From Acidobacteriota bacterium (lineage in GTDB: Bacteria > Acidobacteriota > Vicinamibacteria > Vicinamibacterales > CAVVIG01): a stretch of DNA of 64,000 nt. Below, piece after piece: positions 9,982 to 19,161 of the stretch. The stretch covers positions 1,840-65,839 of the forward strand of contig JAOBWF010000119.1 of the NCBI GenBank assembly GCA_025463215.1, given 5' to 3'. The notes under the pieces are model-generated. The model saw nothing but the letters and a program-made list of their open reading frames with translations. It did no database searches and had not been told where the DNA came from. Positions within the stretch are counted from its first letter, which is position 1. Every line of letters starts with the position of its first letter. Made by a program: the position numbers and the translations under genes.

Positions 9982-10536
9982 TTACTTGACGAACGTCCGG
10001 CGCGAGACCGCGTCCTTGAACGACGATGACCCGGGATACCAGCGGGTGAAGTGGATGAGGACCGGCTCGCCTTTCTCGTAAGCGGCGTCGACCAGCCGCA
10101 GATCGGCGACGCTGTGCACGAAGGTCTCGTTGATCTTGGGGATGAAGTCGCCCGCCTTCAACTCCGCGCGCGCGCCAAGCGAGCCGCGCTTCACTGTCGT
10201 CACCAGAAATCCGAGATCGCCGGTCGTGCCGAGCCGATGCGCTTCGCCGTCGCGAAACGCGATCGTGAGCGTCGCCGGCTGATAGATTCCCGTCGCCGCG
10301 TCGAGGCGATACAGCGGAATTGCGACGCCGCGCGCGCCCGCATCCGCCAGCCGCTGCGGCAGCGGCGCCGGTTCAGCCAGGATGTCGCCGGGATGCAGCC
10401 CATGCCGCGCGGCGGCGGAATCAGCGGGCACCATCGTGACCCGATATCCCATCTCACCGTCGACCCAGCTGGTGGAGACGACCGTCGGTGCGTTGCAGGC
10501 CGTCAACGTTGCGAACAATAAGACGGCAAGCATCAT
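9982..10536 (-). CDS. PDZ-domain lipoprotein
   Basis: Start moved to MMLAVLLFATLTAC (lipobox LTAC). Two PDZ-like segments are present (LHPGDILAEP..., ELKAGDFIPKINE...). Confidence 0.55.
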   Translation of the reverse strand: MMLAVLLFATLTACNAPTVVSTSWVDGEMGYRVTMVPADSAAARHGLHPGDILAEPAPLPQRLADAGARGVAIPLYRLDAATGIYQPATLTIAFRDGEAHRLGTTGDLGFLVTTVKRGSLGARAELKAGDFIPKINETFVHSVADLRLVDAAYEKGEPVLIHFTRWYPGSSSFKDAVSRRTFVK

Positions 10537-10613
10537 GTGCCCGTTAGACGCACTCGCTGCGTCTGAGGTTGCGGAGGATCGAGGCAACCCGCGGGATCGC
10601 GGACTGCCTTCGT

Positions 10614-11078
10614 CTACCTGTCGGTTCGCGATTGAGGCGTGTGCACGTCGCCGATCAGCCGGAGCGTCCGCGCGTCGAGCTGACCATCGAAGTATTTGTC
10701 GATGAGGCGATGAAACACGGAGCCGGCCGGCGACACCGAGGCGAACAGCGTCGCGCAGGATTGCAGTTTCACGTTGTCCGGATCGCCGAAGATGTCCACA
10801 GCTGAAAGGCGGTCAAGGCGGACGACTGCGTCCGCGCACTGCAGCAAACGCGGCCCGAGCACGGGATGCGCGAGAAAGGCTCTGGCTTCGGCGACGCTCT
10901 TCACTGCGTATCGCTTGGAGGTAGCGCTGATGCCGAGCCCTTCGAATTGCGGGAATATGTACCACATCCAATGCGACTGCTTACGGCCGCGTCTGATCTC
11001 GGAGAGCGCCACTTCGTAGTCGTCCTCTTGAGCCCGGACGAAGCGCTCGAGGTCGTACGGATCATGTGTGGTGGACAT
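10614..11078 (-). CDS. DUF1810 family protein
   Basis: DPYDLERFVRAQEDDYEVALSEIRRGRKQSHWMWYIFPQ is the conserved DUF1810 N-terminal block. Start set at internal ATG (MSTTHDPYDL). Confidence 0.75.
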   Translation of the reverse strand: MSTTHDPYDLERFVRAQEDDYEVALSEIRRGRKQSHWMWYIFPQFEGLGISATSKRYAVKSVAEARAFLAHPVLGPRLLQCADAVVRLDRLSAVDIFGDPDNVKLQSCATLFASVSPAGSVFHRLIDKYFDGQLDARTLRLIGDVHTPQSRTDR

Positions 11079-11200
11079 TTCAAATCCCCGCAACCCAGGG
11101 CCTGTCGAGCAGTACCTTACGCTGCGAGAGGTGCACATACAATTGGGGTGACGCGTTTCATGGGTGCGCGTCATCCAGCGGTCGACGGAACCGGATTGAT

Positions 11201-12523
11201 ATGGGCCGCAACACGCAGAAGAGGAACGTCCAGAAGGCGGTGACGCACGCGATCGGTCTGCACAAGCGCGGACAGTTCGACGAGGCTGAACGCGGCTACC
11301 GCGCCGTGCTCCGCCGGCAGCCGGACCATCCCGACGCCCTGCACTTTCTCGGATTGCTGTTGCATCGGCGCGGCGACACCGCGGCCGCTGTGGATTCAGT
11401 GCGGCGCGCCACCGTGGCCGCGCCCGGTTATGCCGACGCCTTCAACAACCTCGGGAACCTGCTCAAGCTGGCGGGGCAGTTCGCGGACGCCGAAACCGCG
11501 TACCGGCAGGCCCTCAGGCTGCGTCCGGATGACGCCAATGCCCACAGCAATCTAGGTGTCGTGCTCAGGGTGCGCGGACTGCTCGCCGACTCCGAAGCCG
11601 CATTGCGGCAGGCGATCGCGATCGACGGTCGTCACGTGCCGGCGCACACCAACCTTGGTCACGTCCTCAAGCGCGCTGGGCGGATCGAGGAGGCCATCGC
11701 CTCTTATCGCGCCGCGATTGCGCTGGATCCCGACAATCCGATGGGGCCGCGTGTGCTGGGACGCGCCTATCAGGCGAATGGCGAGCCGGACAAAGCGCGC
11801 GCCGTGTTCGAGGCCTGGGTCGCGCGCGATCCAGACAACCCCATCGCACGGCACATGCTCAGCGCGTGCACGAGCGGCGCGGCGCCCGCGCGGGCGTCCG
11901 ACGCATATGTCCGCACGTTGTTCGACGAGATTGCCGGCAGCTTCGACGAGCACCTGGCGGATCTGCGCTATCGCGCCCCTCAATTGATCGGCGAGGCGTT
12001 CGCCGCTGTGTGGCCCGAGCCGGTCGGCACGCTCGATGTGCTCGACGCGGGATGCGGTACCGGATTGTGCGCCGCGTTTCTGCGCCCGCAGGCGGGGGTG
12101 CTCGTCGGGATTGATCTATCCGGCGGCATGCTGCGCCGCGCAGAGGCGTTGCACGTCTACGATCAATTGATTGAAGGGGAGCTGACCACGTTTCTCGAGG
12201 CGCATGCGGGGAGCTACGACGCGATTGTGTCGGCCGACACGCTGTGCTATTTCGGGGTTCTCGACCGTGTGTTCAAGGCGGCGGCCGGCGCGCTGCGCCC
12301 GTCCGGCCGGCTGATCTTCACTGTAGAAAAATCGGCCGCGGACGCCGAGGACGGCTTTTGCCTCCAAACCCACGGGCGCTACAACCACGACGCGTCGTAT
12401 GTCAGGCGGGAGCTCGAAGACGTCGGCCTCGCGTTGGAACGATGTCAGGAAGCCGTGTTGCGCCACGAAGCCGGCACACCCGTGCCTGGCCTGGTCGTGA
12501 CGGCAACACGGCCCGCATCCTAA
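11201..12523 (+). CDS. TPR repeat / class I SAM-dependent methyltransferase fusion
   Basis: N-terminal TPR units (AETAYRQALRLRPDDANAHSNLG...) are followed by the methyltransferase motif I VLDAGCGTGLCAAFL. Start set at ATG 11201 (MGRNTQKR). Confidence 0.75.
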   Translation: MGRNTQKRNVQKAVTHAIGLHKRGQFDEAERGYRAVLRRQPDHPDALHFLGLLLHRRGDTAAAVDSVRRATVAAPGYADAFNNLGNLLKLAGQFADAETAYRQALRLRPDDANAHSNLGVVLRVRGLLADSEAALRQAIAIDGRHVPAHTNLGHVLKRAGRIEEAIASYRAAIALDPDNPMGPRVLGRAYQANGEPDKARAVFEAWVARDPDNPIARHMLSACTSGAAPARASDAYVRTLFDEIAGSFDEHLADLRYRAPQLIGEAFAAVWPEPVGTLDVLDAGCGTGLCAAFLRPQAGVLVGIDLSGGMLRRAEALHVYDQLIEGELTTFLEAHAGSYDAIVSADTLCYFGVLDRVFKAAAGALRPSGRLIFTVEKSAADAEDGFCLQTHGRYNHDASYVRRELEDVGLALERCQEAVLRHEAGTPVPGLVVTATRPAS

Positions 12524-12541
12524 TCGACCAGCACCACGCGG

Positions 12542-13102
12542 TTACCGGCAGCTGCCGTTGGCCACGACCCATTGCACCGGCGCGTCCAGCGAACCATCCG
12601 GCTTCTGCCGGCGGTAGCTGCCGTCCATGCGCTGGAAATGCAGGGTGACGTTTTCGGTGAGCCGGTCTTCTCCGCCGGATCCGCCGGTCGAGTACGACGA
12701 GATGCTGACGTTGCTCAATGTCAGCACCAGAAATTCCTGCTGGTCCCTGCCGGGCTTGCGCAGCGTCAGCGTCGCAGTTGGAACCGTGCGCCCGGTCACC
12801 GCGTCCATGATGACGTTCGGCGTCGCCACATCGATGAACTTGGTCAGCGAAATGTCCTGAATACAATCGGGAACCACCAGGCCATTCTTGGCTCGCCGTG
12901 CCGGCGCGGTGCCGTCCGACTCGCCCCACGACCAGGCCAGGACGTCGATTTCGTCCTTGTGCTTGTCGTCGGTGGACTCGCCTTTGATGTCGCCCAACTT
13001 GAGGAACATGTCGGTCGAGGCGCTGGCGACGCCGGGACACGCCGCGAGCGCGGCGGCCAGGGACACTGTGGTTGCGAACCGCTTCAAATACGATCGTTTC
13101 AT
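12542..13102 (-). CDS. hcp: Hcp1-family (T6SS tube protein fold) protein carrying an N-terminal Sec signal peptide
   Basis: Mature region has DMFLKLGDIKGESTDDKHKDEIDVLAWSWG and STGGSGGEDRLTENVTLHF. These are near-identical to blocks I remember from canonical Hcp1. It is preceded by MKRSYLKRFATTVSLAAALAACPGVASA. AAGGAG lies 7 nt upstream of ATG 13102. Confidence 0.85.
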   Translation of the reverse strand: MKRSYLKRFATTVSLAAALAACPGVASASTDMFLKLGDIKGESTDDKHKDEIDVLAWSWGESDGTAPARRAKNGLVVPDCIQDISLTKFIDVATPNVIMDAVTGRTVPTATLTLRKPGRDQQEFLVLTLSNVSISSYSTGGSGGEDRLTENVTLHFQRMDGSYRRQKPDGSLDAPVQWVVANGSCR

Positions 13103-13226
13103 CCGGATCTCCTTAGGGGGACCATAACCCTGGTCCACATCGTGAACCGCTGTCAAGGGTCGCCTCACGGCGATTCGCGCTCACGCCGGCGCGTGAAGAG
13201 GGTCGGCGTATCTGCCGCTGCGCACG

Positions 13227-13847
13227 CTACGGTACGTCGACGAGATGTCCGGCGATCGCGACGGTCACCGATTCGGCCCCGGTGGAACCGCTGCGGAACG
13301 CGTTCACGAGACCCCTGGTGCCAGGATCGGCGTAGAACTTCATCGCCTGCGTCGCTCCTGTGTAGGTGGAGTTATTGGCGGCCGCAGGCGGGACCGCGAA
13401 GGCGGAATACAGGTTGTTCAGGCGCGTATTGACGAAAACCTGAACGCTCTGGCCGATGTCGCCCGGCCGGTACATCGAAACCGTTTCCACCACCAGCCGC
13501 TTGCCGGCCGGTACCGCAAACGACTGCGACCCATTGGTGTCGCCGTTGGCGGTTCCGCCGCTGCCGCCGTTCGCGATGTTGATGTTGACGTTCAGCGAGT
13601 ACGGTTGGTCTGACGTCCCGTCCACCACGTGCACCGGGATCGGGTTCGCCGCGCTGTTCCCGACCGTCACCGCCACGTTGCCGGTCACGTTGGCGTCGAC
13701 CGTGCCGCTCACCGGAAGGGGCGTGTTGACGACCTGCACCGCGGTCGCGACCGCGGCGTCGGCCTGTTTCGGCGCGATCGAGGAAATCGACAGTGCCAGG
13801 ATTGAAACGCCGAGGGCCGCAGCCGCGAAGTGTACGAAACGTTTCAT
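13227..13847 (-). CDS. Secreted hypothetical protein (Gly/Asn/Val-rich beta protein)
   Basis: Start at MKRFVHFAAAALGVSILALSISSIAPKQADA (clear signal peptide). ATGA overlap with the stop of the upstream PEP-CTERM gene. No family recognised. Confidence 0.6.
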   Translation of the reverse strand: MKRFVHFAAAALGVSILALSISSIAPKQADAAVATAVQVVNTPLPVSGTVDANVTGNVAVTVGNSAANPIPVHVVDGTSDQPYSLNVNINIANGGSGGTANGDTNGSQSFAVPAGKRLVVETVSMYRPGDIGQSVQVFVNTRLNNLYSAFAVPPAAANNSTYTGATQAMKFYADPGTRGLVNAFRSGSTGAESVTVAIAGHLVDVP

Positions 13848-14620
13848 GAGAGACGTGTCCTTTGTTGAGCGATGGGTTGTGGACGGGTCGCGAACCGCTT
13901 TCGTAACAGGCCGACGAGACCGGTGCCGAGACACAGCACCGTGGTCGGTTCCGGCACGGGCTGCGCATCCGGTGGCGGTGTCACAACGGCGCTGCCGTAC
14001 GTGAGATCGAGCGCCCAATTGCCAGTCCGCTCCGCGCACGGGAAGTCAGGCGCAACGGCGCAGGTCTGAAATACGTCATTGGTGAAGTCGACGAACCCGT
14101 CGGCGATCGTCGAGTAGTCGGGAGGCCCAGGGTTGATCGCCGCGGGGAAATAGTTTGCGTCCGACAGCAGCAATGTGTAGGTCCCGGCAGCGAGGCCAGG
14201 GACGAACAGGCGCGCATCGCCGCAGACGGCCTGCCCGCCGATGTCTGCCATATTCGCCGGAGGGCAGGTCCCCTCGAATCCAGGAAAATTATCGGCGCTG
14301 AACAGCGGGTTGTTGGCGGCATCCAGCACGATGGTGGCGCTCGCGCCCGTGCCGGCAAACAGTGCGATCAGCGGATCGAACCCTCCCGTGGAGATCAGGT
14401 CCCCTTGCGCGTTGACTCCGCCGCCGAAAGACCATGTCTGGATGAGGACGTCAGACGCACTCGCCAGGCTGAAAGTCGTGGTAAACGTATCGGCCGATGT
14501 CGGCAGCACGCCGGCGAGGGACACCGAGGTGGCGAATGCAGGAGCGGGTGAGAGCAACGCCGCGGTGACCGCGGTCAGCAGCCAGCGCGTGACGCCTTTG
14601 CCGAGTGACCAGGATTTCAT
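13844..14620 (-). CDS. PEP-CTERM sorting-domain protein
   Basis: Signal peptide (MKSWSLGKGVTRWLLTAVTAALLSPAPAFA). C-terminal VPEP motif plus hydrophobic helix plus basic cluster (PVPEPTTVLCLGTGLVGLLRKR). Confidence 0.75.
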   Translation of the reverse strand: MKSWSLGKGVTRWLLTAVTAALLSPAPAFATSVSLAGVLPTSADTFTTTFSLASASDVLIQTWSFGGGVNAQGDLISTGGFDPLIALFAGTGASATIVLDAANNPLFSADNFPGFEGTCPPANMADIGGQAVCGDARLFVPGLAAGTYTLLLSDANYFPAAINPGPPDYSTIADGFVDFTNDVFQTCAVAPDFPCAERTGNWALDLTYGSAVVTPPPDAQPVPEPTTVLCLGTGLVGLLRKRFATRPQPIAQQRTRLS

Positions 14621-15248
14621 ATGGGTGTCGGTCCTCAATAGCGGAACGCACCGGATAGTGCACGCGCTGTTCCGGATGCGCATGCCCGATTGCGAGGAGG
14701 TGCAATCAACACGCTTCAGAGCGGGAACGCGCGTCACGGCTCCCACATGATCGCGGACGTCGATTTGCGGTACTGCGGCGACGGTTGCGCAAGACCGTCG
14801 TGGCGGCGCCTTTATTCTTCGCGTCGCCAGTTGGGCTGGCGTGGCGAACCGTCAGGAATGCGTTGCGCTCCCATGAGCCGACGCGCGGTGAAGACGATCA
14901 GCTCCCGTAGCGCCGTTGTGCAGTCTTGGAACGACCTTCACGCATACGGTTCCTCGCGTACGTCCCTTGGTAACAGAGGCCGTTTGCTGACGGGAATTCA
15001 TGGGTACATGGGGTATGCCGTCACGGGCAAGGTCCCCGCGTGCGTGTGGGCGGTAAACTCGCGAGAAAGCGGTGTAAGTGGTTGTGTGTATTGGTGACTT
15101 ACCTCTCCGGTGGGCCATAATCGGCCTGCCAGTCGGCCGCGCCCCGATCAAAGGATCGCGGAAGATGAGCGCGGAGCCGAGTACGAATTTCCCGTCAATC
15201 AGCGCCACGGACCAGCCTCGACTGCTGTTCCATTCGCAAGGAGACCCG

Positions 15249-17516
15249 ATGTCACGCCCTTTCGTCTGCGCGCTAGTCGTCGTCTGCTGCATCGGATCCG
15301 CCGCATGCCGCAAGATCAATGACGCCGATCACGTGCGACGAGGCAATGTCTATTTCGACGAGGGCCATTTCCAGGAAGCGATCATCGAGTACCGTGCCGC
15401 CCTTCAAGGTGATCCGAAGCTGGATGTGCGGCTGAAGCTGGGTGACGCTTACCTGCGCATGAACGACGCACGGAGTGCGCTGCACGAGTACGTGCGCGCC
15501 TCGGATCTGCAGCCCAAGAACATCGACGCCCAGATGAAGGCCGGCCGGTTACTGCTGGTGGCCCAACAATTCGAGGACGCGAAAACGCGGGCGGAACGCG
15601 CCATCGCGCTCGACCCCAGGAGCGTCGACGCGCAGGTGCTCCGCGGGAACGCGCTGGCAGGATTGAAGGATTTCGATGCCGCGATGGCGGATTACCAGGA
15701 CGCCATCGCGATTGACCCGACGCAGAACGCGGCGTACACGAACATCGGCACCCTGCAGCTTGCCCAGGGAAAGCGGACCGAGGCTGAGGAGACATTCAAG
15801 AAGGCCATCGCCGCGGCGCCCAAATCGGTCGCGGCGCGTCTGGCGCTTGCAAACCTCTACTGGTCGACCGGCGAGCCGGCGGTCGCCGAATCGACGCTGA
15901 AGGCCGCGCTGCAAATCGACGCCAAAGAAGTGACGGCGAATCGCGCGCTCGGCCTTCTCTACATGGCGACAAATCGAGTCACGGAAGCCGAGCCGTACTT
16001 CCTCGCCTTGGCGCGCGCCGGCAAGAGCGATACCGCGGTGATCACGCTCGCTGACTACTACGTCCTCGCGGGGCGTGCCGACGAAGCGAAGAAGATCCTG
16101 CAGGAGCTGGCGACCCACGATTCGGCGTACGCCCAGGCCAGCGTTCGTCTCGCCAGTCTTGGTGCGGCCGAAGGCCATCGCGCGGAAGCCCTCGACCGCC
16201 TCCATCAGGTGTTGGACAAGTTTCCGAAAAACCCACCAGCGCTGCTTCTGACGGCGCGCCTGCAACTGCTCGGCGGCAAACGTGCCGAGGCGATGACGGC
16301 CGCGAGTGCGGTCATTGCCAATGACCCGAGCTCCGCGGCCGCCGCCGCCGCGTGGATGCTGACTGGCGAAATCGAAATCGCAAGCGACCGATTCGACGAA
16401 GCCATCAGGGCTTATGAACAAGTGCTGAAGAGTCAACCTCGCCCTCTCGGGGCCGACATCGCGCTCGCGAGGCTGTACTTGACCAGACGCGATTCGAGCA
16501 AGGCGATCACCTTCGCCCAGCAGGCGTTGGCGATTCACCCGAGCCATCCGGAGGCCCAGAGCCTGCTGATACGCGCTGAAATCCAGAGTGGCGATCTGAA
16601 TCGCGCGACCACTGATTTGGCGTCGCTTCACAAGGCGTTTCCAAAGTCCATTGGGGTGACGAAGCTCACCGCGCTCGTGCAAGTGGCGTCCCGGCAACCG
16701 GACGCCGCGCGGGCGTCGTATCTACGCGTCCTCCAGGCCGCGCCGAACGATGCCGAGGCCCTGACCGCGCTCACGCAACTCGAGGTCAGTGGCGGCCACG
16801 CGAACGAAGCGGCCGCTCGTCTCGACGAACGACTACAGTCGGCGCCGCCGAGTGTGGAACTGCTCGTTCTCGCCGCACGCACACACGCCGCCACGCGCGA
16901 TTTGGACGGTGCCGAGGCTCTCCTGCGAAAGGCTGTCGACCTCGATCCCGGGCGCCTCCAGGCGTATGTCCTGCTGGGAGAGCTTTACACACGGCAGAAC
17001 CGCCTCGAAGAAGCCAAGACGAAGTTCCGCGACGTGCTCGCCCGCAATCCGAAATCGGTCGGCGCCGCCACGATGATTGCGATGCTGCTTGAGCAGCAGC
17101 ATCGCCTTCCAGAGGCAGAGGAGGGCTATGAACGGGTTCTGACCATGGACTCCCACGCGGCGGTGGCCGCGAATAATCTGGCGTGGATGTATCTCGCATC
17201 GAACCGCAACCTGGAGAAGGCGCTCAGCCTGGCACAAACCGCGCTGCAGCAGCTGCCGGACGAGCCGGCCGTCAACGACACGCTGGGTTGGGTTTACTAC
17301 CGCGAGAACATGGCGTCGACGGCGATTTCGTACCTGAAAACCGCCGTGAAGAACGCGCCGAACGATCCGAGCCACCATTTCCATCTTGGAATGGCGTATG
17401 TCCAGACCGGCCACTGGGACATGGCCCGACAGTCGCTCAAGCATGCGTTGACGCTGAAGGCCGATTTTGACGGCGCGGTCGAAGCGAAGAAAGCGTTGGC
17501 TACGATCGGAGAATAG
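15249..17516 (+). CDS. TPR-repeat lipoprotein, PrsT-like (PEP-CTERM system associated type)
   Basis: 755 aa made almost entirely of TPR units. Start at ATG 15249, preceded by AAGGAG. N-terminus MSRPFVCALVVVCCIGSAAC is lipoprotein-like. The architecture resembles PrsT as I recall it. Confidence 0.7.
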   Translation: MSRPFVCALVVVCCIGSAACRKINDADHVRRGNVYFDEGHFQEAIIEYRAALQGDPKLDVRLKLGDAYLRMNDARSALHEYVRASDLQPKNIDAQMKAGRLLLVAQQFEDAKTRAERAIALDPRSVDAQVLRGNALAGLKDFDAAMADYQDAIAIDPTQNAAYTNIGTLQLAQGKRTEAEETFKKAIAAAPKSVAARLALANLYWSTGEPAVAESTLKAALQIDAKEVTANRALGLLYMATNRVTEAEPYFLALARAGKSDTAVITLADYYVLAGRADEAKKILQELATHDSAYAQASVRLASLGAAEGHRAEALDRLHQVLDKFPKNPPALLLTARLQLLGGKRAEAMTAASAVIANDPSSAAAAAAWMLTGEIEIASDRFDEAIRAYEQVLKSQPRPLGADIALARLYLTRRDSSKAITFAQQALAIHPSHPEAQSLLIRAEIQSGDLNRATTDLASLHKAFPKSIGVTKLTALVQVASRQPDAARASYLRVLQAAPNDAEALTALTQLEVSGGHANEAAARLDERLQSAPPSVELLVLAARTHAATRDLDGAEALLRKAVDLDPGRLQAYVLLGELYTRQNRLEEAKTKFRDVLARNPKSVGAATMIAMLLEQQHRLPEAEEGYERVLTMDSHAAVAANNLAWMYLASNRNLEKALSLAQTALQQLPDEPAVNDTLGWVYYRENMASTAISYLKTAVKNAPNDPSHHFHLGMAYVQTGHWDMARQSLKHALTLKADFDGAVEAKKALATIGE

Positions 17517-17793
17517 CGCACTCGGCATCGTGTCGGTGACGCACGTTGGATCTTCCTCGAGCGGCAGGGCCACGCGATGCGTGCCGACGGCCGCAATGGG
17601 TCGTCGCTCGGCGGTTGTTTTGAACACCTAAAGTCACCGCGGCGGCAGACATGCGAACGGCCCGCGGCGCGAAATGGCGGACATCGATCTGCACATCCAC
17701 GACCGCTATCAGGAATTCCCGCAGAATCTGCGGATGGCAATCGCCGGCATCTCCTTTGCTCATCTGGTCGCGTCTCGATCAAAAGGAGATCTG

Positions 17794-18387
17794 ATGCGAC
17801 ATGTGAAGAGTGCAGTTCCATTTCTGCTTGCGTTCGCTATTTTGATCGGTGCGTCGGCCAGCGCGGCCGCCCAGGAAGCGTTTATCGGTGAGATCAGGTA
17901 CGTCGCATTCAATTTCGCTCCTCGCGGGTGGGCAGAGTGCAACGGCCAGATCATGTCAATCTCGCAGAACACCGCGCTGTTCTCCCTGCTCGGCACCACC
18001 TATGGCGGCAATGGGCAAACGACGTTCGCGTTGCCGAACATGCAGGGCCGCGTCCCCATTCATGCGGGACAGGGACCAGGGTTGTCGATGTACGTTCAGG
18101 GAGAGACCGACGGTGCAGAGCACGTGACGCTGTCCGTCAGCCAGATGCCGCCCCACACCCATCCGCTGGGTGCGAGCGGCGCGGAAGCGGGCGCCATTTC
18201 ACCGAATGGCAACGTGCTCGCGGCGAAGCAGCGCGTACCGCTCTACAACCCCGGGCCGCCCGATGTCGGCATGAGCCCGTTGGCGATCGGAAACGCGGGG
18301 AGCGGCCAGCCGTTCAGCGTTCTTCAGCCTTCGCTGACGATAAAGTGCATCATCGCGCTGGAAGGCATCTTCCCGTCGCGTCCGTAA
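17794..18387 (+). CDS. Phage tail-collar domain protein (MdpB-like), secreted
   Basis: FIGEIRYVAFNFAPRGWAECNGQIMSISQNTALFSLLGTTYGGNGQTTFALPNMQGR is the tail-collar signature. Signal peptide MRHVKSAVPFLLAFAILIGASASAAAQ. AAAGGAG sits upstream of ATG 17794. Confidence 0.8.
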   Translation: MRHVKSAVPFLLAFAILIGASASAAAQEAFIGEIRYVAFNFAPRGWAECNGQIMSISQNTALFSLLGTTYGGNGQTTFALPNMQGRVPIHAGQGPGLSMYVQGETDGAEHVTLSVSQMPPHTHPLGASGAEAGAISPNGNVLAAKQRVPLYNPGPPDVGMSPLAIGNAGSGQPFSVLQPSLTIKCIIALEGIFPSRP

Positions 18388-18428
18388 GTGCGCCGGACGC
18401 GATGCAGGTGTCCCAGTTCAAGGACTCT

Positions 18429-19130
18429 ATGAAGCTTATGACGTACGTCCGAATGGTCGTGTTGTTGATCGCCGGATCGCTGTACACCACCGTCGCCAGT
18501 GCAACACCGGTCGTGTTCACGGACCGTGCCTTGTTCGATGCGGCGACTGCCGGCTTGTCCGGCCTCAACACTCTCGATTTCGACTCGCTCCCGACAGGGC
18601 CACTGGGCAACGGCCCCGTCCAGGGGATTTCGTTTGCATTCAACACCGGGGTCTTCGCACCGACGGTCATCGATGCGTTCGATACGACGTCCGGACCGAA
18701 CTCGCTCGGAACCTCTGGCGACGATACGTTTCTGGCTGGCGATTCCTTTACGATGTCATTCGCGAGCCCCACCAACGCTATCGGGTTGTATGTGATCGCC
18801 GCCACAAACCTGTTCGCGAACGATTTCACGTTGACGACCAGTAGCGGCGGCACGGCGCACAATGCGACCAATCCGGAGACGATCCTGCCGGACACCGGCA
18901 AGGTGTTTTTCTTGGGATTGTATGATCCGGCACAGGCCATGACGTCGGCGACGTTGACGAGCAACGGCGTCAACGCCGATTTCCTGTTCAACGTCGACGA
19001 TATTCGCGGTCAGTTCGATCCACCCGGGGGAACACCGACCGGGACACCTGTGCCGGAACCAGGCAGCATGATTCTGGTTGCGACCGGCTTGTGTGCGGGT
19101 CTCCGCCGCTGGCGCAACGCGCGCGGCTGA
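18429..19130 (+). CDS. PEP-CTERM sorting-domain protein
   Basis: Signal peptide (MKLMTYVRMVVLLIAGSLYTTVASA). C-terminal PVPEPGSMILVATGLCAGLRRWRN. An alternative ATG lies at 18402. Confidence 0.75.
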   Translation: MKLMTYVRMVVLLIAGSLYTTVASATPVVFTDRALFDAATAGLSGLNTLDFDSLPTGPLGNGPVQGISFAFNTGVFAPTVIDAFDTTSGPNSLGTSGDDTFLAGDSFTMSFASPTNAIGLYVIAATNLFANDFTLTTSSGGTAHNATNPETILPDTGKVFFLGLYDPAQAMTSATLTSNGVNADFLFNVDDIRGQFDPPGGTPTGTPVPEPGSMILVATGLCAGLRRWRNARG

Positions 19131-19161
19131 TGTTCTGATTCCTCATTCCTGCCTGCTCGTT

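Noticed and set aside
15549-16697. 382-aa ORF antisense to the TPR lipoprotein gene
   Set aside because: It is a shadow ORF. The sense frame shows regular TPR units along its entire length.
17794-18387. Possibility that the tail-collar gene marks a prophage or a diversity-generating retroelement target
   Set aside because: No phage structural, terminase or lysis genes, reverse transcriptase, or template/variable repeat pair could be found nearby.
17928-18401. Upstream part of track ORF 17928..19130 overlapping the tail-collar gene
   Set aside because: It is out of frame with the well-supported tail-collar CDS. The PEP-CTERM protein has its own signal peptide starting at 18402 or 18429.
12542-19130. 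Possibility that this is a type VI secretion locus
   Set aside because: Only the Hcp-like gene is present. No TssB/C sheath, baseplate, membrane complex, ClpV, VgrG or PAAR motifs appear in any frame of the window.
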